From Microgenomates group bacterium ADurb.Bin219 (GTDB taxonomy: Bacteria > Patescibacteriota > Microgenomatia > UM-FILTER-40-11), in the NCBI GenBank assembly GCA_002069945.1, contig MWCH01000003.1, positions 3,040 to 67,039 on the forward strand: a stretch of DNA of 64,000 bases. The letters are read 5' to 3'. The position numbers were made by a program, and so were the translations under genes. Positions 51,901 through 58,532 of the stretch are shown piece after piece (position 1 is the first letter of the stretch; each line of letters opens with the position of its first letter). The notes under the pieces are model-generated. The model was not told the origin of the DNA and made no database searches. It saw only the letters and a program-made list of their open reading frames with translations.

Positions 51901-52408
51901 TATTAAACAAGATTTCCCTTTTTACAAAAAACAGCTTTCTGCCCAAAAAGTTAATTCTTTTTTTGATCTGGTTTTTTTACCGGCCTATGTCCGCTCTTAC
52001 TTTTTTGAATTCCTCTCTACGGGAATCGGGCCGCGGGAAACCGTTAACCGCATTGACAATTTGGTTTTCCAAATTATTCCTAAAGAATGGGCGCAAACCG
52101 TTCTTGTCCCCGAAAATTTTGAGCCGGAAACGAACAATAAAGATGTTTTTAAAATAAACCAGGCGGTCTCTCCCAACTGGCAATTATTGGAAGCGAAAGG
52201 AGATCCGATAAGAATCAACGGCTGGGAACAGGGCTGGTTGGTAACCAAAAATTCCGGCGAGAATTTAAAGGTTGATTTTTGGCCAAACAAACTGGCTTAT
52301 CTGGGTTATTTCTTAATTTTGATAATTGCCGGAGCAACAATTATCTTTCCTTTATTAAGGCTGGCCGCAAAGTTTTGGCGGAAGAGAAATTCGCCCCCAG
52401 TTTCCTGA
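48959..52408 (+). CDS. Large polytopic membrane protein (about 15 TM in the N-terminal 600 aa, then a 550-aa extracytoplasmic domain). It may be a GT-C-fold glycosyltransferase (AftD/YfhO-like).
   Basis: Hydrophobicity pattern. The N-terminal periplasmic-loop motif DNFSPELDP...WRSY..LG is reminiscent of GT-C enzymes. No definitive motif, so the functional call is weak. Confidence 0.45.
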   Translation: MFKKIFSRLNSYAKSRWGQILLAGVLLTIISLNLKPGFLILGNDNFSPELDPKLTLSRSLESPAWRSYRVLGIPSDSEQADFFRTAIFLILSKFLPIWVISQGYLFFTFFIASFSLGFLAKYFSQKAGQKNEQLFFLAGGLFYLTNLLTSWLYFYPLHLFIAAYAFLPLVCWRLAEYFQKNSFKNRFYLLVSSLLLSTSALTATMFLVCLGVIVVFNIIFFFQNQKKIASLFFAFLVTVVLQGFWLFPFLTYVKSNSRDLQISSINREITSTTIENEIKNNDWKNSLRYYSSWLETKENGKDYTFPYRDWYRNSKTANFLSFLPPVLAAAGLLFLLANKNFVGMLIGLMSLIGWFLIKGINPPLGIISDFLSKNIPLFAQVFRWQSSKFWPFLAMSLPILGCFGLIFFLKIIKNNLLKVLLVLFVFGGSLFFVFPYFKGQLIRSDVFVKVPSQYYGLARFLKKNDPLSRIYPAPETNSLYFRNYCWGFWGSTVLNYLLPNPIVEKALIIGSAENEQAFDLLHFGYYSENPLLFARILKMYNSSLILADENNCDGNVGYRYDWEINKKMVDENPYFEKIWQEDKLSLYKIKDDFLKAKDFDQVAANHNWLTLNALLVNSGENPNYFSGGKFLGKIYPFAFNFDRVKVENKNIFASFTYQNQSTTYKGSVSRNLIYNSPLRIEYLLPENSIVVSPALYHLVVNNEEKFSPNLPKLTAKLEKDQAFLTFEENVFNLKGNKQTVFDVPFKIASSSGSFFQWGPKSNPVFFPDESELLIENDSIIEVSLDFVSPDNLGGSLCIWSKNYQECLNKNINFKFPKDQIKTSFFLPRVVEKGDHLSVFIEEKSAGPKLSVKDLTFIIYQDKKPLKIEGSAVPETFQTFDLPLKKGDNFELIIPLAEGQNSYLFKPDKYFFPKTDTATFTENISRTEALVQKNRSLLLKVKEANASVYPRLERIDPADNFALIAFSGENLQAIPSTISLRNIKQDFPFYKKQLSAQKVNSFFDLVFLPAYVRSYFFEFLSTGIGPRETVNRIDNLVFQIIPKEWAQTVLVPENFEPETNNKDVFKINQAVSPNWQLLEAKGDPIRINGWEQGWLVTKNSGENLKVDFWPNKLAYLGYFLILIIAGATIIFPLLRLAAKFWRKRNSPPVS

Positions 52409-53219
52409 ATCTCAAAAACTCGTAAAGATTCAAAATCGCTTCTTTGGGCAAAACGGTAATCAAAAACAATTGGGCTAAATTGACCAAAATTCCTTTTAAA
52501 TTCGGTTTATAACCCCATTTTCTGACCGCTTTTATCCTTGATTTTAAAGTCAAGTAAAAAGTTTTTTTGGGATCCTTAAACGAATTGGAATTTTTTCTTA
52601 TCCGGTATTGGAAAAGAACTTCTTTCGTGTTCCCGAAATCTCCGTTTTGCAGCAATTTAAAAAACATACTTACATCTTCCGCGGTTTGGTGATTTTCGTA
52701 TTTATATTTCTTCATTATTTTGGCGTAAGTCATCAAAGTCGGATGTTGAATAGAAACCATTTCCAACATCATCTTGTAAAGTTTTTGGGAATCGCAGGGA
52801 AACTTTTTATAACCCAAAAAATCCCCTTTTTCGTCAATCAGCTCCGATTGGGAACCAACCGCGATAACATGGGGATTTTTAAGTAAAAATTCCAATTGTT
52901 TGGCAAATCTTTCGGGCAAGGAAATATCATCTGCATCCATCCGGGCAATAAATTCACCCTTGGCCTTTTCAAGTCCTTTATTCAAAGCAACTGCCAAACC
53001 TTGATTTTCGGAAGAATGAATAACATTTATTCTTTTATCTTTTTTGGCGAAGTCTTTTAAAATCTTTAAACTTTTGTCGGTTGAGCCATCGTCAATACAA
53101 ATCATTTCCCAATTTTTATAACTTTGCCAGCGGATACTTTCAATTGCTTCCACTAAAAAATCTCCGGCATTGTAAACCGGCATTATTACAGAAATTAACG
53201 GTTTCTTTGAATTTTTCAT
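52341..53219 (-). CDS. Family 2 glycosyltransferase
   Basis: ISVIMPVYNAGDFL...ICIDDGSTD GT-A motifs. Start at ATG 53217-53219. Confidence 0.8.
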   Translation of the reverse strand: MKNSKKPLISVIMPVYNAGDFLVEAIESIRWQSYKNWEMICIDDGSTDKSLKILKDFAKKDKRINVIHSSENQGLAVALNKGLEKAKGEFIARMDADDISLPERFAKQLEFLLKNPHVIAVGSQSELIDEKGDFLGYKKFPCDSQKLYKMMLEMVSIQHPTLMTYAKIMKKYKYENHQTAEDVSMFFKLLQNGDFGNTKEVLFQYRIRKNSNSFKDPKKTFYLTLKSRIKAVRKWGYKPNLKGILVNLAQLFLITVLPKEAILNLYEFLRFRKLGANFSSAKTLRPALIKER

Positions 53220-53376
53220 TTTCTTTGGTTCTTCTTCGTTCCGCTTTGGGCGGAGCAAATTGAGCCTCCTCACTCCTCTGCTAATAAAAAATTATTAGTA
53301 AGGGGGTAAGGAGGGTCTAGATAAGATTCTCAATTCATCATCGCCTAAGCGAAGTGAATTATCTGAGAATCTCACC

Positions 53377-53392
53377 ATCCATTTTCATGGAT
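53377..53392. repeat. ATCCAT-tttc-ATGGAT hairpin at the left boundary of the GC-rich island. Its partner is ATCCATC-ttctccaag-GATGGAT at 54336-54358.
   Basis: Direct reading of both flanks of gene 53435..54223. Confidence 0.5.
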
Positions 53393-53434
53393 CCCTCCCT
53401 TTTGGTTCAGGAACGTGACGCCCCCACAGTGGGG

Positions 53435-54223
53435 CTAAGAAGGGTCCGAGAACTTAATCTCGAATCCTCCGTTAAAGGTACCGTTTTTCACCCGGTACCA
53501 CCCACCCTTGGTCAAAGTGACCACAATGCCATTCTTGTTGGCAGCGATCACCTTGTCGGGGGTGCCGTCCTTATTTTCGTCCTGCTCAAGAACGGCATTG
53601 ACGCCGTTGAAAATGGCGTTGCCTCCAACTGGAGCAGTGAACGAAATTTCGTACGCAACGCGCTGGGTACCCTCATCCGGCAGAGAATCTTGCCAGATTC
53701 TTCGAGAGCAATCCCACACCACGCGGAACTGGTCCTTCCGATCAGAAATTACGACCGGGCACTCGCTTGCCGGTATAGTCGTCACTCCAGAGACAGGAAT
53801 GGACACCGCAGTCTGCTGTGCGATAACTTCTGGACACTCTCTCTGAATCCGGGCCAACCGATTCTGATTGACCAACAGGGCCAACAGGACCGCAATGGCA
53901 ACCAGAAGCAGCAAGCCCAAAGCCCAGGCGTAACCCGGAACCCGATACACTACCCTTGGCGTCTCCGTGACATGAGCCGGTTTCGCCACGGGAACCGTAG
54001 AGACCGAAGGCGGAACAGCCTCGGACTTCTTCTCGGTAGGCGTAGCCTTCGGCGGATCCGACGGAGCAACAACGGCTACCGCCGGTTCCTTCTTTACCGG
54101 AGGCGTCTCCGTTACCTTCACGGAAGCAGCCACCGCAGGCGGCTTCTCCGCAGGCACTTTTCCCGCATCGTCGACCGTCGTTTCGGTGGTCGTCTTTCTC
54201 TCAATCGTCTTTTTCGTTGCCAT
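53435..54223 (-). CDS. GC-rich gene for a single-pass membrane protein: Pro/Ala/Thr/Lys-rich disordered N-terminus, one TM (AWALGLLLLVAIAVLLALLV), and an extracytoplasmic C-terminal domain
   Basis: ATG 54221-54223 has an AGGAGGG RBS 5 nt upstream. The plus-strand ORF 53354..54235 is an Arg-rich antisense artefact. GC is markedly higher than the flanks. Confidence 0.5.
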   Translation of the reverse strand: MATKKTIERKTTTETTVDDAGKVPAEKPPAVAASVKVTETPPVKKEPAVAVVAPSDPPKATPTEKKSEAVPPSVSTVPVAKPAHVTETPRVVYRVPGYAWALGLLLLVAIAVLLALLVNQNRLARIQRECPEVIAQQTAVSIPVSGVTTIPASECPVVISDRKDQFRVVWDCSRRIWQDSLPDEGTQRVAYEISFTAPVGGNAIFNGVNAVLEQDENKDGTPDKVIAANKNGIVVTLTKGGWYRVKNGTFNGGFEIKFSDPS

Positions 54224-54582
54224 CTTCCCTCCTAACTTTGCCCGTTCTCCGTTTCTAGGCTTTTGCCTCCGCCAAGCTGGGCTTGGTTTAGGCGCGCTTT
54301 TGGCGCTTTTCTCAGGAATGAGCCTCTGGCCCACAATCCATCTTCTCCAAGGATGGATTCATATTCCCAAGATGCCGGAAAGCTATGGATAAAGTCTATA
54401 TCCACACTTTCCCGGCATCAAAGAAATTTTCCTAAGAAGTTTATTCCTGAACCCTATTTAAAAGAGCTTTCCTAATCAGTCCTCCAGACGCAATTCGTCT
54501 GTTCTCCTTGATCAGGAATCGAGAGGTCAACGCTCGTTTGACCTCCCGGTCCCCAACCAAGCGGCTTGGAACCAAAAATGCA

Positions 54583-54665
54583 TAAAAAAAGACCTCTCGG
54601 TACTTCCGCCTGGTGGCGGATGGGAAACCGAGCGCTGTTTCACCTTCCCTTGAAGTCTTTTTTTG
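54583..54665. terminator. Bidirectional intrinsic terminator: A7 - GACCTCTCGGTACTTCCGCC TGGT GGCGGATGGGAAACCGAGCG... - T7
   Basis: Long imperfect hairpin with a CCGCC/GGCGG core, flanked by an A-run on one side and a T-run on the other. It sits directly downstream of the minus-strand LPXTG-protein gene. Confidence 0.5.
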
Positions 54666-54686
54666 AATTGTAAATTTTTAATTTGC

Positions 54687-55349
54687 TTAAGCCTGTTTCC
54701 TTAAGGCCAATTTCGCTCCCAAAATAGTCGTTACCAATAATCCGGCTACCAAAAACCAAAGGTTTTCAACGCCGGTAGGCGGCAAAGAGGTAATTCCCAA
54801 AACTTTGTATTCAAAACAAATTTGAGCTTGATCTTCGTCCGATTTGCCGTCCGCCTCAACCTTGCCCGTATTGACCGTGCAAATTAAACTTCTGTCTGAA
54901 GGCAAATTCTCTTTCCCAAAGACTCTGGTCATCACTTCATATTGACGGGATTCGCCCGCTTTAAGGTTATAAACATCAAATTGAAGAGTTCGGGTATTGG
55001 CATCCCAGCCTAAAGGACCCCAAACAAAATCCAGATAAGACGGAAAAACATCTTTAACCGTCACTTTGGAGAATTCGGAAGAACCGACGTTTTTGACTTC
55101 CAAACGGTATAAAACCTCCTGTCCCGGAGTATATTTGGGATCATTAACGCCCAAATTATCCACAAAAAGACCGGTATCGGGGTTTTTAACGGTTTTGTCA
55201 ATCAGAAGTTCTCCTGTGCCCCAGCAGCGTTCACCGCCACCATAAATCGGTTCACAATTCCATCCCGCTAGAACAGGTTTACTGAAGACTGAAAGCTGAA
55301 AGCTTAAAGCCAAAACAAGCAACGCAAGTTTAATTAGTTTCCTGTCCAT
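54687..55349 (-). CDS. Sortase-anchored surface protein with a DUF11-like repeat domain and an LPPTG sorting signal
   Basis: Signal peptide, then KTVKNPDTG...YRLEVKNVGSS...VTVKDVFPSYLDFV (DUF11-like). The C-terminus is LPPTG, a hydrophobic segment and RKQA. Confidence 0.7.
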   Translation of the reverse strand: MDRKLIKLALLVLALSFQLSVFSKPVLAGWNCEPIYGGGERCWGTGELLIDKTVKNPDTGLFVDNLGVNDPKYTPGQEVLYRLEVKNVGSSEFSKVTVKDVFPSYLDFVWGPLGWDANTRTLQFDVYNLKAGESRQYEVMTRVFGKENLPSDRSLICTVNTGKVEADGKSDEDQAQICFEYKVLGITSLPPTGVENLWFLVAGLLVTTILGAKLALRKQA

Positions 55350-55530
55350 TTTTGTTTTTTCCCTCCCTTGTCCTTCGTCATACTCAGAGCAAAGGCGGGG
55401 TCCTTTCTTTTACAAAATTATTCTAACTGGCGGGATTTTATCATCCTATAAGTCTTTTGTCAAGGAGTAATTATAGGACGGTTTTGAGATAGATATCAAA
55501 TCTTTTACCTCCCGCTTCATTTCTAGCTTC

Positions 55531-56346
55531 TCACTTCATGATTCCCGCTTCCGGCATATTAATAGGCCTCGCAAAGACCAATAACCTCTCCTTGGTCGTT
55601 CCCGGGGGCCAACAGGTCTGTAAAACCAAAAGCCGACCGATAGTTTGTTCTTTCAAAAAGGAGGTTTCCTGCGAACCGACCGTCCTTTTTTCCGTTACTT
55701 TGTAAAAATAGCGCTGGCCGTTATAAAAAAGGTTAATTTCGTCTCCGATTTCCAAATCTTTAATCTGATAAAAAATCGCGTTAAAACGAGTCACGTTCCA
55801 GCTATAATCGGTGGAGTGACCAAAGATATAAGTTAAACCCTCTTCATTGGGCAGGGCGGTTCCGGCCGCGTGGGCAACGCCTCTTTTTAAGGCTTCGCCA
55901 AAAATTTTGGCCGTATTCGGATCAACATTGGGAACAACCTTCGCATTTACGCCGATTTTGGGAATGACAATGCCGAAATTAGTATCAACCGGATCGGGAA
56001 TTTTTTCAAAATTAACTTCGCCCAAAAGGTCGCTAAAAGAAATTTTTTTCTCCTTAACCGGTTCGTTATTGATCACCCTGGTGATTTCCTTTTTCCCTTG
56101 ATTTAAACGGTAAGAAATTTCACTGAAAACAACCGGACCGGCAAATAAAAATAATCCGGCTAAAGAAACAACAAAAATAATCATGCCCAAAAACTGGCTT
56201 ATCTTTGGCCGATCAATTTTTTGAGCCACTTTGGCAAAGGAAGGAATTATTCGCTGACCAGAGTCAGCCTGAAGAAGATTAATTTGTTTTTCTTCTCGCT
56301 TCCTCTCGTAAAGAATAATTGAGTGGGAATCTTCGTAAAAAATCAT
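55531..56346 (-). CDS. Sortase (transpeptidase)
   Basis: N-terminal TM, a His motif YIFGHS, catalytic Cys in LVLQTCWPPG, and an Arg in LLVFARP. Confidence 0.8.
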   Translation of the reverse strand: MIFYEDSHSIILYERKREEKQINLLQADSGQRIIPSFAKVAQKIDRPKISQFLGMIIFVVSLAGLFLFAGPVVFSEISYRLNQGKKEITRVINNEPVKEKKISFSDLLGEVNFEKIPDPVDTNFGIVIPKIGVNAKVVPNVDPNTAKIFGEALKRGVAHAAGTALPNEEGLTYIFGHSTDYSWNVTRFNAIFYQIKDLEIGDEINLFYNGQRYFYKVTEKRTVGSQETSFLKEQTIGRLLVLQTCWPPGTTKERLLVFARPINMPEAGIMK

Positions 56347-56427
56347 GGCGGAAGTTTATCATAAAATGAGGCTTTTGTCAATATTATAGGCTACCGTTTA
56401 GTGCCCAGAGAAAGCTGGACGCTGAAA

Positions 56428-56913
56428 TTACCCCGCTGCACCGCGGTGCATTTCCGCTTTTCTCTTTTCCCTTTGCATGGGAATCGGCTCTTTCTCCATT
56501 TGCTCTCTTTTTCTTTCCGCTTCGGGTTTTTTTTCTTCCTCCAGTTGTTTTACCATTTTATCTTCCGAAAAACCGGGCTTGCCGGATACTTGTTTGGGTA
56601 ATTCCTGCTGTCTTTTGTTGGCAATCGCCAAAATCTGCTCTTGAATTTGTTTATATCTTTGAGCTGCCTTTTGTTTGGCTACCTGCTCCATCTTTTGAAT
56701 CGGCAGCTGGGACTTTGGGGATTGTTGAGATTGTTGAGGATTGGTACCGCTGCCGCCTTCAATCGCTTGCCCCTGCTGGTCTTTCGGCTCTAAACCCAGG
56801 GATTTTTTCCCTTCATTAACAATCGTCTTGGCCGCTTGTTTGGTTTGCTGTTGCATCTGGCCGCCAAGTTGTTCCAAGGCTTCAAAAGTATCCGATATTA
56901 TTGGTGGTGGCAT
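56428..56913 (-). CDS. Gln/Lys/Glu-rich low-complexity protein of unknown function
   Basis: ORF only. Predicted to be disordered. Confidence 0.35.
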   Translation of the reverse strand: MPPPIISDTFEALEQLGGQMQQQTKQAAKTIVNEGKKSLGLEPKDQQGQAIEGGSGTNPQQSQQSPKSQLPIQKMEQVAKQKAAQRYKQIQEQILAIANKRQQELPKQVSGKPGFSEDKMVKQLEEEKKPEAERKREQMEKEPIPMQREKRKAEMHRGAAG

Positions 56914-57020
56914 AAACCAAATTAAAAATTAAAAGTGAAAAATTGAAAAATTACAATTTAAAACATTAAAACTTAAGATTTTTCATTAACGTTTTTCATT
57001 TTTATATTTCCATTTTTCAT

Positions 57021-57635
57021 TTAACATTCTCTTCTTCCTTCAAAAGCTCTTTGTAGGGTTACTTCGTCGGCATATTCCAAATCGCCGCCGGTCGGCAATC
57101 CCTGCCCCAACCTTGTAATTCGTAATTCGTTAATCTCTAATTTTTTAATTTCGTTTGTAATATACATCGCCGTCGCTTCTCCTTCCATATTGGGATTGGT
57201 AGCCAGAATTACCTCTTTGACTCTCTCGCTTTCCTGCTCTCTTACTCTATCAAGCAATTGTCTGATGCTAAGCTCGTCCGGGCCGATGTTGTTTAAAGGC
57301 GAAATGGCTCCACCAAGAACATGATACACTCCCTTGAATCGACCGGTTTTTTCCAGCGCCAAAATATCCAAGGCTTGCTCTACCACACAAATAACCGAAT
57401 GGTCGCGGTTTTGGCTGGCGCAAATCGGACAGGGATCAGATTCGGAAACATTAAAACAAATTGAACAGATAACCGTATCTTTCTTTAGGTTTTTCAGAGA
57501 ATCGCCAAATTCGTCCAGCATCTCCTGGGGAACATGAAGCAAATAAAAAGCCAGTCTTTGAGCGGTTTTCGGCCCAATTCCCGGCAATCGCTCAAATGAA
57601 TCAATTAAGTTTTTAATGGGTTTGGGAAGGTTCAT
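57021..57635 (-). CDS. recR: Recombination protein RecR
   Basis: LPGIGPKTAQRLAFYLL helix-hairpin-helix, a C4 zinc finger (CSIC...CPIC) and a Toprim domain. Confidence 0.9.
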   Translation of the reverse strand: MNLPKPIKNLIDSFERLPGIGPKTAQRLAFYLLHVPQEMLDEFGDSLKNLKKDTVICSICFNVSESDPCPICASQNRDHSVICVVEQALDILALEKTGRFKGVYHVLGGAISPLNNIGPDELSIRQLLDRVREQESERVKEVILATNPNMEGEATAMYITNEIKKLEINELRITRLGQGLPTGGDLEYADEVTLQRAFEGRREC

Positions 57636-57758
57636 GAAGTAATTTTAAATTAAAAAGCCTAGAAAAAGAAGAACTATTTGAAAATAGGGAACAATGGTGA
57701 GATAATACGAGCCATCGCACCTTGAATTAAATCCCAAATCAAAACAGGAGGAAGAAAG

Positions 57759-58163
57759 ATGTCTGAGTGTCCGCCGATCGTGATCGTAATGTTTGGATTC
57801 AACAAGAACGGCCCCCAAACAAGTTTTATTAAGTGGCTGAAAGAGATGATTGACTGGAACAGGGTCAGTTATCATAATATCGTCGGCACTTCGCCTTTCG
57901 AGGAACCCGAAAGTTGGATATGCTCATTAGATTCCCCTCAGGGAAACGACAAGATTGTCATGATTATCGGCCCAGAGTATGATATCTTTCCCTCGATTAG
58001 CACCCGGGGGAAGTTAATGGAATGGGAGAATTGGTTGGAACGCGGAAAAAAGGAATTCCCGAAGATAACCATCATCTTTTCTTATGTCCGAGGTTTTTAC
58101 CTGCACAAAGGTCAGATGTTTGAAAGCTCTCCAGCCCCTCCGGTTCAAGGTCATACCTGTTAA
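57759..58163 (+). CDS. Small alpha/beta protein of unknown function, the only plus-strand gene in a minus-strand block
   Basis: ORF with alternating beta-strand-like (IVIVMFGF, KIVMIIGPEY, KITIIFSYV) and helix-like segments. No confident family; a TIR- or flavodoxin-like fold is speculative. Confidence 0.35.
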   Translation: MSECPPIVIVMFGFNKNGPQTSFIKWLKEMIDWNRVSYHNIVGTSPFEEPESWICSLDSPQGNDKIVMIIGPEYDIFPSISTRGKLMEWENWLERGKKEFPKITIIFSYVRGFYLHKGQMFESSPAPPVQGHTC

Positions 58164-58227
58164 CAACCCTGCCTTATGGCGGTGATTGGATCAGCGTAAA
58201 ACGCTTTTCCGAAAGCCGCCTTTTTCT

Positions 58228-58509
58228 TTAACCTTGCCCCAACAGTCCTTGAAGCCCTCCGCTCATTTCGGCCAGTTTTTTGGCCGCCATTTCCTGGGAC
58301 ATCTTGATCGCCTTGTTCACTTTTTCCCGAACTTTATCATTGGCGATACCTTCAATCTCAAAAGAAAGAATCTTTTGGTCGCCGGTAATAACCAAATGGA
58401 CTCCGTCTTCGTTCAACTCAATTGTTTCCGCAGACAATTTTCTTTGCATTTCCATCGCCTGATCCCGCATCTGTTTCAAATCGCCCAATTGTTTAAAGGG
58501 ATTTAGCAT
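58228..58509 (-). CDS. ybaB: Nucleoid-associated protein YbaB/EbfC
   Basis: About 93 aa (MLNPFKQLGDLKQMRDQAMEMQRKL) in the conserved dnaX-ybaB-recR context. Confidence 0.85.
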   Translation of the reverse strand: MLNPFKQLGDLKQMRDQAMEMQRKLSAETIELNEDGVHLVITGDQKILSFEIEGIANDKVREKVNKAIKMSQEMAAKKLAEMSGGLQGLLGQG

Positions 58510-58532
58510 TGTAACCTCCTTCTTCCAAAATA

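Noticed and set aside
53354-54235. 293-aa plus-strand ORF (Arg-rich: RRDRRRNSLGLLLGRRSLRRIRR...)
   Set aside because: It is the antisense frame of the GC-rich minus-strand gene 53435..54223. Arg-rich, low-complexity translation is typical of out-of-frame reads through GC-rich DNA. The minus-strand ORF has a strong RBS plus a TM and domain architecture.
54340-54660. RNase P RNA or SRP RNA in the hairpin-rich spacer
   Set aside because: I could not locate the conserved P4 sequences of RNase P RNA (AGGAAAGUCCGGGCUCC / ACAGAACCCGGCUUA) or the SRP domain-IV GGAAGCAGCCA motif. It is reported as an unclassified structured region.
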